From: Podarcis pityusensis
Lineage: Eukaryota
Reading direction: 5' to 3' (one strand)
Length of the DNA stretch: 64,000 bases
Assembly: GCA_964106645.2 (NCBI GenBank)
Contig: OZ067045.1
A program made the position numbers and the translations under genes. Shown here in pieces: positions 1-12,409 of this stretch (position 1 is the first letter of the stretch; each line of letters starts with the position of its first letter). The notes under the pieces were generated by a model. That model worked only from the letters and a program-made list of their open reading frames with translations. It was not told the DNA's origin and made no database searches.

Positions 1-683
1 GCAGCGCGGACACGCAGGACCATCGGGGGAAAAGGACGCGGACGGAGCAGGCCGGGGACGGTCAGCTGGGACGGGACGAGGACGTCCGGGCATGGGGAGG
101 AGGGAGAGAAAAGCAGAAGCGGAGACGGGCAGGAATCGACGCGGGGCGGAGGCGACCGGGCGGAACGAGAAGCGAGCCAGAAGAGGCGGGAGGTGGCAGG
201 ATTAGGCCGCAGGTTAATGGGGGCGGCTCGGGAGGAGCTGGGAAACGGGGGGGGGGGGAACCCAATCGACTCGGCCAGGATCAAGGCGGGCGGGTGGGTG
301 TTTTGAACAGAGGTTTTTGGCGGGGACAGGAACGCCCGGGGTTAGTCGTTTCCATAATGGCGGACGAGTTAAATAAAAACCGAGTCACTCCAACAGGCCG
401 TGGTTGGCAGCGGCGGAGAGGGTGAGGCGGCGGCGGGTTGGGCAAGGCCGAGCTAAGCAGCCGCGCCTCTGTCTATTTATCCAGGCCCGGCCTGGTTCCG
501 GCAGAGGCGCTGCTCTGGGAGGCCGATGGGCGGCAGTACCAGGCCGGCATCAGGGCGATGGGGACGGTAGAGGGAGACAAAGCCCCGCTCCCCATCGGCG
601 GCGCCGCGGCGGGTCCCAGCCCGAGCCCCATCGTGACACCTAGAGGCCGGAGAAAGCGACTGCAAACCCCCCGCGCTGCTTAC

Positions 684-870
684 CTGTCCCGGAGGCGCCT
701 CCGGGCCGCCCCTGCTGCCCCGGGCCCCGCCCCGCTCGGGCCCTGCGGAGCTCCTACTGCCGCTGCCCCGCCGCTAGCGGCCGCCGCCAGCGCCCAGCAC
801 CAGCTCGCGGTTTAATCGTTCCACAGTCGCCTCGGACACAAAATGGCGGCCGAGAGGAACAGTGCGCCTG
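684..870 (-). other. CTCF: Non-coding first exon of CTCF (5' end approximate)
   Basis: Minus strand reads GCCGCCATTTTGTGTCCGAGGCGACTGTGGAACGATTAAACCGCG, resembling the vertebrate CTCF 5'UTR as I recall it. Strong donor CAG|GTAAGC at 684/683. Synteny with RIPOR1. No CTCF coding sequence is in the window. Confidence 0.75.
839..850 (+). promoter_or_regulatory. YY1 consensus site CAAAATGGCGGC
   Basis: Matches the YY1 consensus, inside putative CTCF exon 1. A second AATGGCGG lies at 356-363. Confidence 0.7.
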
Positions 871-1023
871 CGCCAGCCCGGCAGCCGCGGCCGCCGAAGC
901 CGAGCGAAGGGAGGAGGGAGCGGGAGAAGCGGCCGCGCGGAGCACCATGGGAGGAGCCGCTGGGCGCCAACTTCAAATAGAGGACCTAGAAAGGCCGAAG
1001 CGGACGTGAGGGCGGGTGGCGCT

Positions 1024-1094
1024 GTGACGTCACGCGCGGCCTGGGCCGAGGGTGCAGAGCACTTGCACGTTGCAAGCGCGGGCAAAGGGATTGG
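1024..1094. promoter_or_regulatory. CRE palindrome GTGACGTCAC (1024-1033) and CCAAT box (ATTGG, 1090-1094)
   Basis: Exact motifs 150-230 bp upstream of the putative CTCF exon 1. Confidence 0.55.
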
Positions 1095-2244
1095 TTCCGC
1101 GGTGTGGCGCCCTCTTGAGGTGACGTTGGCCCTGTTGCCACCTGCCGAGAAAGGAAAATCTCTGTCAACCGGCGGGGGTGTCACGGGCGTCGTGTTGGTA
1201 TAATCAGGAGCAAATTGGTGCAAACGTGTCCAGAAGCAAAATAGGCGTGCTTGGATATGTAAGTTAACTGCAGCTTGTCAGAGGCAGTTTGTGATTGCAC
1301 ACCTTTGCCTCAAAATAGAGATGCCACTTATTTTTATATTAGAATTAAACCTTTAAGAATCCCTTAGTAGGCAGAAATTCAACAGGCAAAGCTGCCACCT
1401 GTCAGTTTATAACTGTGGTGAGAAATACTGCTGTCCTTTTTAATTTGATGCACAGCCATCAAAGCCCTGATACCCAAAAGAGCAGGGGGTGGGGTGGGAT
1501 CTACAATCTTTTAAATCTTTTAAATTTTTAAAGATCTACAATCTTTAAAAGTCATGGGGATGTTTGCTTTACACATCTCATTTGTCTTATTTGAAAGGCA
1601 TAGTAAATTGAATTGACCCTAACCAGGGAAAGGGTCACAACAGGTGGGTTGATGTCCTTTCAAAGTCCATACAGTATTTGTTAGGATATGTACCGTACAT
1701 GGAATGTAGGTAAACTAACTGCAACCCACCCCAATTCTTAGTGAAGGGTTCCCGCCTCCTTGAAATGTCTAAGAGGAGAGCAGTTTGTAGTTGAAAGTGA
1801 GTATCAGAAATTCAGCAGAAAACGTACTAAAGAGATTTGCTTGTGTCCCATTCCACATTCAGGCAGTTTAGATTTTACTTTAAAGTGGTGCTTGGTTTCT
1901 AAAATGGGAAGTAGCTCTATCTAGAATCCCCTTACCTGTCCTTACGGAGCCAGTGGATTATCGTTATTCAGAGTGTTCCTTGCTGCATATGTAACACGAA
2001 TGTAGTGACTATAATATGTTTGGTGGTTGTTTTTAAACACATTTCTTCTACTTTAATAGTATTTATATACCTCCCCTCACCACCAAAATATCCTCTATAT
2101 ATCTCTAATCCCTATTCTTTAATTAATCCTAGTTCTTTAATTGGAGCTGTGGTAATTTTTGTGGCCTTGCAGCAGAAGGTGCCATCTTGAAGGGAAACAG
2201 AGTTTTCTACAAAAGAACAGTTGTCTCCTAGAAGAAATCAACAT

Positions 2245-2405
2245 TTTTTTTTATTAGTTACATTTATATACCACCTTTATCTTCCAAGAATCTGAAGGTG
2301 GTGTACATTGTACTCTTCCCCATTTCATCCTCACAAAAACCCTGTGAGGTAGGCTAGACTGAGAGGCAGTGACTGGCCCAAGGTCACCAGTGAGCTTCAT
2401 GGCTT
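2245..2405 (-). mobile_element. Old tRNA-derived (MIR/CORE-like) squamate SINE fragment
   Basis: Reverse complement of the SINE at 21125-21313 (CCTCACA..CCCTGTGAGGTAGG..GACTGGCCCAAGGTCACC). Boundaries approximate. Confidence 0.6.
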
Positions 2406-5400
2406 TCACTATGCATCTGTCACCTGTCTTCCTCTCTTGGCAAAAAAGAGGATGACTATGTCTGGGTCCAACCCTTTATCTCCAGTTCCAGGGCAACCAT
2501 CAGGGTCCCAACATCACTGATACCTGCCCTGAGTTCCCCTTTATTTTTTGTGGGCCAACACAACACCCCTGACAAAGTGCTGTTACAAGGTATTGAGGGA
2601 AATTAACATGGTAGCTAGTCCCTGCCATCCAGCATTGCTGAAAGCATCACTGTTGCTGCTGCGAACCATTACTGACAGGTATGCCTGCTAGGGCATATTG
2701 ACGGGGGGGGGGGTAGGGCGGGCACTAGAATGAAGAATGCATAGGACCACCCCTACCTGGGGCTGGCCCTTTCCAGTTTCCTCTCAAATGACAGCTTCAG
2801 GAAAATCTCCCCACTTCCATCTGCTTACACCAGCTAAAAACAGCTAGGGAAAGATTTAATGCTGAGCATAGGCAGTGATCCTCCATAAACCTGCTGGCCA
2901 AGAAATCCCCAAACATCTATTTCTGGATTTGCTGGATGGCCATTTTACTCTTGGTGGACCTCATGGGAAGCATGACTCAATTCTTCCCACTAGAAAACCA
3001 GACAGCAGCAATGATAGATGTTGGAAATCATTTGCCTTGTATGAATTGTCTCAGGCTTTGCAGGTGCCTGTGGGTACTTTAACAATCCCGTAGTTAACAG
3101 GGTAGCAATGTTAACAGAATGTGTGCTCTCTCTCAAAAGGTATTTTATTCTTTGTATGGGAGAGGCAGGTACAAGTACAGCTGAACGTATGTAGCTTACA
3201 CTGATTTCTCCTACATCACAACTTGTATGTGGGCAGTGGATAAATAAATGGAGAGCAGAGAAAACCCACTGCAAAAATATCTTTTTAAGCCTTCCATTTT
3301 GCTTATTGGGCTCTGGGAATGTTACATGAGGGCCCTGGGCCTTGCACATCCTTCCCAGAGGGCAGTAAGAGAGGCCAAGGGCAAGGCTGCTGTAGACAGG
3401 GATGGTCATGGGGAGAGCAGTTCCAGAGGTTCCTGGCTTTACACTATTTTGCATTTGCATGAGGACCCCTGAAACCAAACCCTCATATAAGCTGCCAGTT
3501 ACCTCTACACAATCACAGGAACTTCCACCTGAAGTGGTATAGTCCAGACACTAGGCCTAATTCAAAAGTTATACATTTCATCATAGTGGCAGGCTAGGGA
3601 AGCAGCTTAGGGCACTTTCAATACATTTTAGTGAAGTAACCATGTGGAAACGAAACCCAGGGACGTGCCAACAAGAAACTCCAACGAAACAATTATGCAG
3701 GGCAAATAGCTGGGTCTTTGCAGGAGTGAAATATTCCTCATCAGGGAGAGGGAGACTGTGGCCTCCAGGTGTTGTTAGATGGCTAAATGCCCTCTGTCCC
3801 AGTCAGTATGGCCAATGGTCAAAAACTATGATAGTCTAGCAACCTCTGGAAGTACAGGGGTTCCCCATCTCTATGCTAAAGGGATCCATTCAAGCTGAGG
3901 ATCTCAAGACACATCATTTTGATGTCACAAGCCAAGGAAGAATTAATTTAGGAACAACCTTGGTTTTAATTTACTTTACATCCATATATCCTGGGGCTTT
4001 CCTCAATAAAGAGCTCATTTTGCCCAGTGACTCTAGGTTAATGTAAGTCGGACATGTTTATGCTAGTTTCTGGGTGTAGGAGCTTTTTGGAGTCACAAGT
4101 GGTACAGGGATATTCATGGGCACATGCATATTTTTATAAGCGCATTTACCTAACCTGTATTTATCCACTTTCAAAATGTATTTTCTGTTCTTACCTAACA
4201 GCCTATATGCAGCTCTCATTCAGGCATTGATTCAAAAACACTGCATCAAGTGCTCCCAGACAACTGGAGGAATGTTCTTATTTTCTTACGGGCAAACTAG
4301 ATGAGATTCTATCTACGCAGTTTACAATTGTGTTACTTTTTTTTTTAAAGTAAATGGCAGACATAAGTCCCCTGACTTTAGCCCTTTGCCCTCCCCCTAT
4401 ATTTCTGATCCATACTCGGAGGGGGGGCACATACCTGCATTTAAATGTAAAAAAATGTGAATTATGTTGCATCTTGTTCAGCACCTTTGCTTCTTTTCAG
4501 ATTGCAGACACATTGAGCTAATGTTTTCAGGAGACATCCCCAAAGAATTCTCAGCCTAGGTTATCTCAAGAATCACCTTTCTTCATATGAAACCTGTCTT
4601 AACATCTTCGTCTTCTGAGGCCCTGCTCTAAGGTCCCTCACCACCACAGGGCCTTTTCAGATCTGGAATAACATGCCAAGGGGGTTCACCTGCCCCCTTT
4701 GTTGTTTGCTTTCAGATAGGCAGGAACCTTTTCAGATTACTCTCCTTGAATTTCATCTTCCTGTTAACTTTTTAGTGTTTTGCACTACAATCCTATACCT
4801 ACCTAAATGAGTGTAAGCTGTCTTGAACTCAGAGGGGCTTACTTTTGACTAAAAAGATGTAGGTTTGTACTGTTAATATCTTTAAGATTGTTAGTTTGGC
4901 AGCTTACGTTTGCTGCTGTATTGATCCCCTCCCCAAGAAGTTGAAAGTCAAATGTGAGGCTTCAACTGTGTCAGTTTTATTTCTGGTGTACAAGTTATTC
5001 TCTTTAACTGATATCCAAACACACAAACATAGTACCGAAGAAATATTTTCATGTTCCTTTGCTGTCCAGTTTGTTAAAAGTTTAGAAATACGTTGTCAGA
5101 ACATGACAGTTTTCAGAGATCCAGAGGGCTCCAATAGGAGAAGAGACTTCCTTATTCACTTTAATGCTAGTGTGAATTTGCTGTATTGATATCTATCTAT
5201 CTATCATCTATCATATTCAGAGAACCTTATTTAACAAGGCAGGGTATGAATATTGAACATCGATGAATAATGGTTTCCATTTCTATTTTCTGTACTGCAG
5301 GAAGGACAAGGATGACTTGTTGCCTGTGGTCTTCAGCATCCCTCTTTCACTTCTGGAAAGAAGCTCAGTCCATCTTCCTTTTTATTTCACCACCTGTAAA

Positions 5401-5565
5401 ACCACTGAAAAACTTCAATGCTGTACTTTGTTGACTTGAGTTACCTAAGGTGTTTTTGACCACTTGAGGTTTCACAACACCTCGCTCCTTCCCAGTTTGG
5501 TTAGGGAAACTCCACAGCAGCAGTCACAAAATGATGTACACCCAACTCACTTGCTCAAACTTCTT

Positions 5566-5571
5566 TTTATT
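5566..5571 (-). terminator. RIPOR1 polyadenylation signal AATAAA
   Basis: TTTATT on plus strand, about 0.9 kb after the stop codon, preceded by an AU-rich 3'UTR and followed by GU-rich sequence on the minus strand. Confidence 0.7.
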
Positions 5572-6463
5572 TCAGGCTTAAAGTCAAAATTAGCCAAACC
5601 TCTTGATAATTACATTATATATATTTATATATCTATGTAGATATACAGATAAAATTATAGAGATTTTATAGAAAAGACTTTTTGCTTTTGTCTGCAACCT
5701 CCCCCCCCCAAAAATGTGTAAATAAAAATAATAAAATAGCCAAAGAAGTGGCAGCGTTTGTCTATCCATGTTGCTTCCATCTGCCACAGCACCACTGTTA
5801 AAAACAATCTGTCCTTTCTTCCTCCTCCACTGGGAGGTGGGAAACTCCCTCCTGTAATCATTGTGCATTTTCTTTCCCCCCCACCTCTCAGAACCGAGAG
5901 AAGAGTTTGCAGCTCCTCAGTAGCAGAATATACCTGGTCCCAATTTCCTGCAGTATTCACAGCCCCAAAGGGTGGAGGACATGGGCAAGCTAAGAACAAG
6001 TTGAACACTAAGTGGGACTTCAAGAACACACAAAAATTCTTCCAAGTTTGTCTCAAATGGGAGATGGCTTTAGCAACTGAGACTTTCTGCCATGGCCATA
6101 ATGCCCAGCTGTTGTTTTTCTCCAAAATGTGGCATATTGATCCTGGCGAATGGCAGAGAGCCATACTCAATCCCTCAGCCCTGTGGGCTCCTGTAGGAAA
6201 AAAACAAGCGAATCTCTCAGTGTCTTGTACTCATGTTAGTTCCATGAGTGAAGCAGCCACTGGGGCTAGGAAAAGGCATCCTCCACATAAGACAGCGTGT
6301 GGGTGATGCTAATACTGCAGTGTGTGCATGCGCTTAGGGGCAAAGAGCTGCCCAGTCTATGGCACACTAGTCTGACCCCAGTCTGTGTGACTTGGTTGAA
6401 GTTCTGTGGCATGCAAAGTCTGGGTCCCAAAAGGATCTGGCTGGTCAGTTTGTGTGGCACCCT

Positions 6464-6561
6464 TCAGAACGCAGTGCTGGCCATGCTCCCCGGGGCAAAG
6501 ATTCGGGGCAAACTGTCAAGAGACTCTTCAAGACGTCGATGAGCAGATTTCCCATCTTCTC
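6464..6561 (-). CDS. RIPOR1: RIPOR1 last coding exon (G)EDGKSAHRRLEESLDSLPRIFAPGSMASTAF*
   Basis: Acceptor TTGCAG, phase 1, TGA at 6464-6466; matches the RIPOR1 C-terminus. Confidence 0.95.
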
Positions 6562-7191
6562 CTGCAAGCAGATAAAGCAATCAGCTGTTATTTAGGATAT
6601 GGTTTGCCCCAGCCTTGCACATGTCTACAAAGTCAGACCATAAAATTTCCCTGTAATCTTCCTTGGCAACACACTGGCCTGAAAATGGGTGATTCCCTCC
6701 CCCACCCAATTTCATAAAACTTCATTGCTTGGCTGCCTAAGGGTGATCCAACCAGCTGTGTGGCTACACTTATAAGACTACACTTCCAAAATTAATGTAT
6801 GGTCAATATTGTTTGCTGATGATGGTCCATTCATATTTTCTTGAATGTGAACCCAATTCCCCAACCAAACAATGAAGACTGATGAGGCTATATGATTACT
6901 GACAAGAATTTACCCTTGTAGGAATGGTCAGTTGATACATCTGAAGAGCTCATTTAGTACCTTTTGAACACCGTTGGTTTCCAGGTGCCCTTTTCTGTCC
7001 TGAGTCAGGGTCATTTAACAATTGTTGTCCTGCTTCCTCTGCATGTTCAAATTGGCGCATGACTGCACTATTCTATTTGAATTTGCCCTTCATTTTGTAC
7101 CTGTGCTGATCTTTGCTTGTTTGCAATACTTTAGAACTTGTATATAAATACCCTCCGCAACAGGCATGATGCTTTAAGCAGAACTTGAAAG

Positions 7192-7310
7192 GGAACATAA
7201 GAAGAGCCTGCTAGATCAGGTCAATGACTCATCTAGCTCAGTATCTTGTTTTTACAGTGGCCAACCAGATGCCCACGAGGAGCTCCACAAGCAGGACCTG
7301 ATTGCAACAG
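7192..7310 (-). mobile_element. CR1/L2-type LINE 3' end fragment
   Basis: GAACATAAGAAGAGCCTGCT..CAGTGGCCAACCAGATGCC is the reverse complement of the tail seen at 46150-46237. Related pieces at about 26920-27060 and 55130-55260. Confidence 0.55.
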
Positions 7311-9182
7311 GTCCCCCCATTCAGGCACCTGGATCAACACAGTTTTTGTGGCATTGCAACTGCTGAGAATCCCCTCCTGCTGCACTTTGATGGTCTGCTA
7401 GTGGGTCTGTGAAATGGGTGGTGTAACCCCCACAAAAAAACCTTTTAAATTATTAAAAACTATTGTCCAGATTTCATTCCATTTTAGAAAATTTACAGGG
7501 TGCCATGCCAGATCCTGTGGATCTCACCCCACTCCATAACAAATGCAACCAGCTCTGTGCCAGTGCTGATTCCTGGGCTCCTAGTTTCTAGTCATAACGG
7601 TTGGTGTGTGTTCAAGCTTCCCCCTGAAACTTATCTTCCCAATCTGGGGCCTGCAGTTGCAGCATATGAACAGTAGGGGAAGCCAAGGGTGTAGGCAGAA
7701 GCTCTCAAGAGAGCTGCTGTGAAGGATGTCCTGCTCAGTGAAGGGTGTGCTTGGCCTTGTAACTGGCTATTGCAGGGATGGGGGCAAGAGGCCTTTTCAC
7801 CCACCATTGGTAGCAGAAAACCCCAGGGTGCAACTCAAAGAAATATGCCCTACGACAAGAATGTTGTCATTCCTGGCAACATAGACACCAACAGGCCATC
7901 ACCCTAACCTTATAGTTATACCCCTTTCAGCTCTCAGAAGTTAGTCGCCCATCACTAATGGAATGCAGGAGGAGCCTAAATAGTGCACCTTTGAGAAGCC
8001 CTTCATCTTCCAGGTGTTTCGAGCTTCTTAAAAACAAGACACCTTTAGCTGGGAAGGCAGGTTTCATTTGGAAGAGATGAACTACATGCTTCTTGTTAGT
8101 GCCAAGCCCCTGATCTAAAAGGCCTGTCTGGGTAGGAAAGTGGAACTTGCTTTGCATGCAGAAGATCCCAGGGGAGAGTGCTTGGCATCTCTAGTGGAAA
8201 GATCAACAAGTAGGTGATGGGAAAACCACAGCCAGATAAGGGAGAGCCACTGCGGCTTCAGAATAGCCAATACTGGGGCAAGATGGACAAGCAGTCTGAC
8301 CTGGCAGAAGGCAACTTCCTATGTAATCTGGATCATAGTCCCTCTACAGGTGTGCCATTCCCTTTGCAACAGTGACAAAGACACAGCCAGAACACAAGCG
8401 CACTAGGAGGAGTGAGCTGAGACAAAAGACCTGACAAGATAAAGACCAACAGGGTCCAGGACAAGAGACACCAATAAAGCATGCAGCACAGGGGGAAGGG
8501 GGAAGAATGGACTGGCCAACACATCCCGACCTGTGCAGCTGCTGTCATGACCCGGAAGTCTAGTTAGCCAATCAGATGGTTCTCTCAGTGCCATCTAACA
8601 AAATGATAAACAACAACTGCTTAGTGCTTTCCACTCTCAATGTTCTATATCAACTCTCCCTAAGTGAGCAGCAATGTAGGGCCAAGAGGGTCCTCTGTCC
8701 TATGCTGTGAACACTAGCAAGGAATAGGTATGGGGTATTTAAGAGCATAAATCTATGGCCAAACAGGCTAGGAGTTCTGCCTAGCCATCTAGTATAGAGT
8801 GAGCACCACATGGAGCCAGACCCCACCCCTCAACAAGCCACAAGGCAGGAGTGGACAACCGGCAGGGTGTGCTGCCTATAGCCTTTAGCCTGGTTTCCAA
8901 AGCCCTCTGCAACCTACTGGTTTAAATTTTTGGAAGAAGTGATCTGTCTCTTTCTGAATGGCCTGTTGAGTAGCAAGAGGGGGTGGGAGGGGGAAAGAAT
9001 GAAAAAGGTAGCCCCACCCACCTCAGGCTCTGGCCCTGCACACTGCTGACTTTAGCCCCAATGGATTCCCCTGAGAGAATGTCCCCCTTGATGGTTGTCA
9101 ACCACTGTCATAAAGGGAGCCACCTGCCCAGGTGAGACGGGTGAGAACTATGTCTGAAAACAAGGGGAGGGAAGGCACTCAC

Positions 9183-9273
9183 CACACAGCATTAGGCTCT
9201 GTTTGGCTGCCTCTCGTACGGCCTCTTTGTCCGTTTGGCACAAGTACACCAGCTGCTCAATACTCTCCTTGGC
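9183..9273 (-). CDS. RIPOR1: RIPOR1 exon AKESIEQLVYLCQTDKEAVREAAKQSLMLC (HEAT/ARM-like C-terminal region)
   Basis: 91 nt, AATAG acceptor, GTGAGT donor, phase 0 to 1. Confidence 0.95.
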
Positions 9274-9593
9274 CTATTGGAGGAAAATGTAAAAGAAGCT
9301 GATGTTATCAAGTTTTAGCTCCTCTAAACGGAACCCCAAAACCCAAAGCTACAAATAAGGTGGAGGACCAATACACAAATACTGGATATTGAAGCCCACT
9401 GCAGCCCAGACAGTTGCTCAACCAAACCTTGTGGTGTGCAATCACCAAGAAGGCTTCCCTCCCTTCCATACAACAAAGTCTTGTTTTAAATGATCAGGTA
9501 CAGAGGGTGAGATACATCCAGAAAACTCCTGAATGTCAGTTAGTAAATATATTAAAAGCAGACCTTTGAGAAAAGCTTCCATCTAGCCCTCAC

Positions 9594-9677
9594 CTTAAGG
9601 CAGCCCAGAGCTGCGCAGGCTGCAATCCGTGTTTGCACCTCTTCATCCTCCAGCTGCTCAAGGTAACAGACCAGGGC
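9594..9677 (-). CDS. RIPOR1: RIPOR1 exon ALVCYLEQLEDEEVQTRIAACAALGCLK
   Basis: 84 nt, CCCAG acceptor, GTGAGG donor, phase 0 to 0. Confidence 0.95.
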
Positions 9678-9906
9678 CTGGGAAAGACACGTCAGTCAGC
9701 CTGCTTGTGCCCCCTTTCTGTACACCACACCTTTTGTTTCTTGAGACAGATGGGTGGCAACAAACAAAACACCCAACTAAGAAATCAGCAACCAATGACT
9801 AATAAGGCACTCTCAGCTACTTCATGAAACTGCAACCCCCAGAATTATTCAGGAGGAATCAAGAAAGTTTAATTGCTTCCAACATGCTTTAGCAATCTGT
9901 AGTGTA

Positions 9907-10239
9907 CGCGGGTGGTGCTGTGGGTTAAACCACAGAGCCTAGGACTTGCCAATCAGAAGGTCGGCGGGTCGAATCCCCACGACGGGGTGAGCTCCCGTTG
10001 CTCAGTCCCTGCTCCTGCCAACCTAGCAGTTCAAAAGCACGTCAAAGTGCAAGTAGCGGGAAGGTAAATGGCGTTTCCATGTACTGCTCTGGCTCGCCAG
10101 AAGCGGCTTAGTCATGCTGGCCACATGACCTGGAAGCTGTATGCCGGCTCCCTTGGCCAATAAAGCGAGATGAGCGCCGCAGCCCCAGAGTCGGTCACGA
10201 CTGGACCTAATGGTCAGGGGTCCCTTTACCCTTTACCTT
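9907..10239 (+). mobile_element. Near full-length Sauria SINE
   Basis: tRNA-like head (GGTGGTGCTGTGGGTTAAACC..GGGTCGAATCCC), typical body, (ACCTTT)n tail, and 7-bp TSD TAGTGTA at 9900-9906 and 10240-10246. Confidence 0.9.
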
Positions 10240-10322
10240 TAGTGTAGCTGCACTTGAAACCAGGCTATCTTCTGATCAATAAATCCCCTCCTAACAATAG
10301 GACCAGCACAGTAGATATTTAC

Positions 10323-10519
10323 CCGTTCCCGGAAGCCAGGGTTCTCTGACAGGTTGCGCAACTGTGCTGACACGGCCCCGACAACCTTGCTGTTTCCTTC
10401 AACAAGAAGCAGGCTTAAGGCTTTCAGCCCATCCTTACGAAGCCGGCTCTCAGGAACGCGTTTCAGGGCCTTCAGGACCACGTCTTGGTCATCAGAATTC
10501 AGGTTCTGTGCTAGCAGCA
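10323..10519 (-). CDS. RIPOR1: RIPOR1 exon (V)LLAQNLNSDDQDVVLKALK..NPGFRER
   Basis: 197 nt, TATAG acceptor, GTAAAT donor, phase 1 to 0. Confidence 0.95.
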
Positions 10520-10586
10520 CTATAGTGTGAAGGCAGAACCAGCTCCATGGTTAGCTACATCATTATTTATTTATAAAGTTCATTTA

Positions 10587-10849
10587 CTGTATTTTTTGCT
10601 CTATAAGACTCACTTTTTCCCTCCTAAAAAGTAAGGGGAAATGTGTGTGCGTCTTATGGAGCGAATGCAGGCTGCGCAGCTATCCCAGAAGCCAGAACAG
10701 CAAGAGGGATTGCTACTTTCACTGCATAGCGATCCCTCTTGCTTTTCTGGCTTCTGAGATTCAGAATATTCCCCCCCCCCCTTGTTTTCCTCCTCCAAAA
10801 ACTAGGTGCGTCTTGTGGTCTGGTGCGTCTTATAGAGCGAAAAATACGA
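10587..10849. mobile_element. Tc1/mariner-superfamily (Tc2/pogo-like) MITE
   Basis: TIRs CTGTATTTTTTGCTCTATAAGAC / GTCTTATAGAGCGAAAAATACGA, TA on both flanks, internal hairpin at about 10683-10758. Confidence 0.8.
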
Positions 10850-11647
10850 TACATACTCCTTTTCAGGAATACATCTGGGAAAGCTGAAGACCAGACACAA
10901 AGGGTTATTGTATCCACTGTTAGTGCCACTTAGACTCACTGAAATAGATAGACCTCTGGGTCTACTCTTGAGTGAAAGCTGGTTGGCTACAACCCTGAAA
11001 TTTTTAAATTTAAGCAATCCAAAATTAACGAGTAAATAAATGCATAAAACAAATATATAAATCATTACAGCATTTTAAAATTACTCCCATCATGCATATA
11101 CATTATAACCCAAATTTATAATAGTCAATCTATAATTGATGGAACCTTTATTTTTTCCAGTTTTGACTAACAGTCGTTCTAACTGCAGCAATAAGATGTA
11201 CAGTATCATTTCTCCATCCTCGGCTAATATTAATGATTTAACATAGCACAATATTATGGATGGTAATATACATATTTCCAGTCATCTTGTACGCTGGTCA
11301 TTGCTAACTTCAAGTATTCCATAATTTGCGACATTTCCAATAAATGCAAGTTGCATCTGCTTGAACTACAAGCAGGAATTACAATGCCAGTGAATGGCAT
11401 TAACTCCCGAGTCACTTAGGGACAAATTTAGTAAGAATCCCTTTATGTGGCTTCTAATAGGTAGAATGAATAGCCTCCCCTAAAAAATGCCCTTGTGATG
11501 GGCAGGGTGATGATCAAACCCTTTAAGTAGCATGTGAGCCAAGAGGTATGGACACATGCGCAAGTCTTCACTTGATGTTGCTGCTATCTGGCATCACAAC
11601 ATGCATGTGGGAACCCTCCATGAATCTTCACAAGTCACACAACATAC

Positions 11648-11806
11648 CTTCCTCCGCCAACTCCATGATGTAAGAGTCCAGCGTCAAGACAGGCAGAGCC
11701 TCAAAGTGGCTCCAGTATTGGAAAACAGTGATCTGCTCAGCCTGGCAGCTCCCCTGGCGCCTGGGCAGTCTGCGTTGCAGAAACTCCTCCACCAGCTTCA
11801 CACACA
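11648..11806 (-). CDS. RIPOR1: RIPOR1 exon (V)CVKLVEEFLQRRLPRR..IMELAEE
   Basis: 159 nt, CACAG acceptor, GTATGT donor, phase 1 to 1. Confidence 0.95.
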
Positions 11807-12409
11807 CTGTGGCAGGGGAAAAAACACTGTCAAGGTGGCTCCCAAATACTTGGTAGATGTACCAATCATATGACAAGGGTCTTGCAACTACACCCAGGCT
11901 TCTGAATGGGACTGGAGTATGGTAGGGACTTGGGAACAGTCCCTGGGAACAAGCTCAGGGGTGGGTTCACTCTTTGGATATGAATAAAGCTTTGAGGAGT
12001 TCATTCTGAGTTACACTCATTTTGCCACCACCCTCAACAGTTCAATCATAGTCAAAGATCAACCCTATCAAACAAATCATGGGTCAGTTATACTGTCAGT
12101 CTTTAACATATCTCGACACAAAAAATGCTGAACTAAGTCTAAGGCAAAAGAACAGCTAAAAGGTTCCCTAGGAGTCATTCCTTTATGAAAGTGAATTTTA
12201 GGGCATCACAAACGACCCTTGTCCTCTAACCATACTCACCTTCCTCATAAAAGAAGCATACTGCACAAGCATAGGAATGGATATTTGGCCCAGAATTCAG
12301 CACTCGGGGAACCCCCAGATTCATTCATTAAAAAATCCCAAGCATCTGGACCCCTGACAACATGAAATATGAGCCATGCCTGCTGGAACATAAAGCTGGG
12401 AACCAAGTG

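Larger units (their letters stand above)
1..1200. promoter_or_regulatory. CpG island: promoter, exon 1 and start of intron 1 of CTCF
   Basis: Very GC- and CpG-rich with GC boxes; falls abruptly to AT-rich sequence at about 1250. Lies just downstream of RIPOR1, as CTCF does in mammals. Confidence 0.85.

Noticed and set aside
62-1223. Several 60-150 aa ORFs in the CpG island
   Set aside because: Low-complexity A/P/R/G-rich translations expected from GC-rich DNA; no recognisable protein.
5590-6306. 171-aa and 182-aa ORFs
   Set aside because: They lie in the RIPOR1 3'UTR, on either strand, with no recognisable homology.
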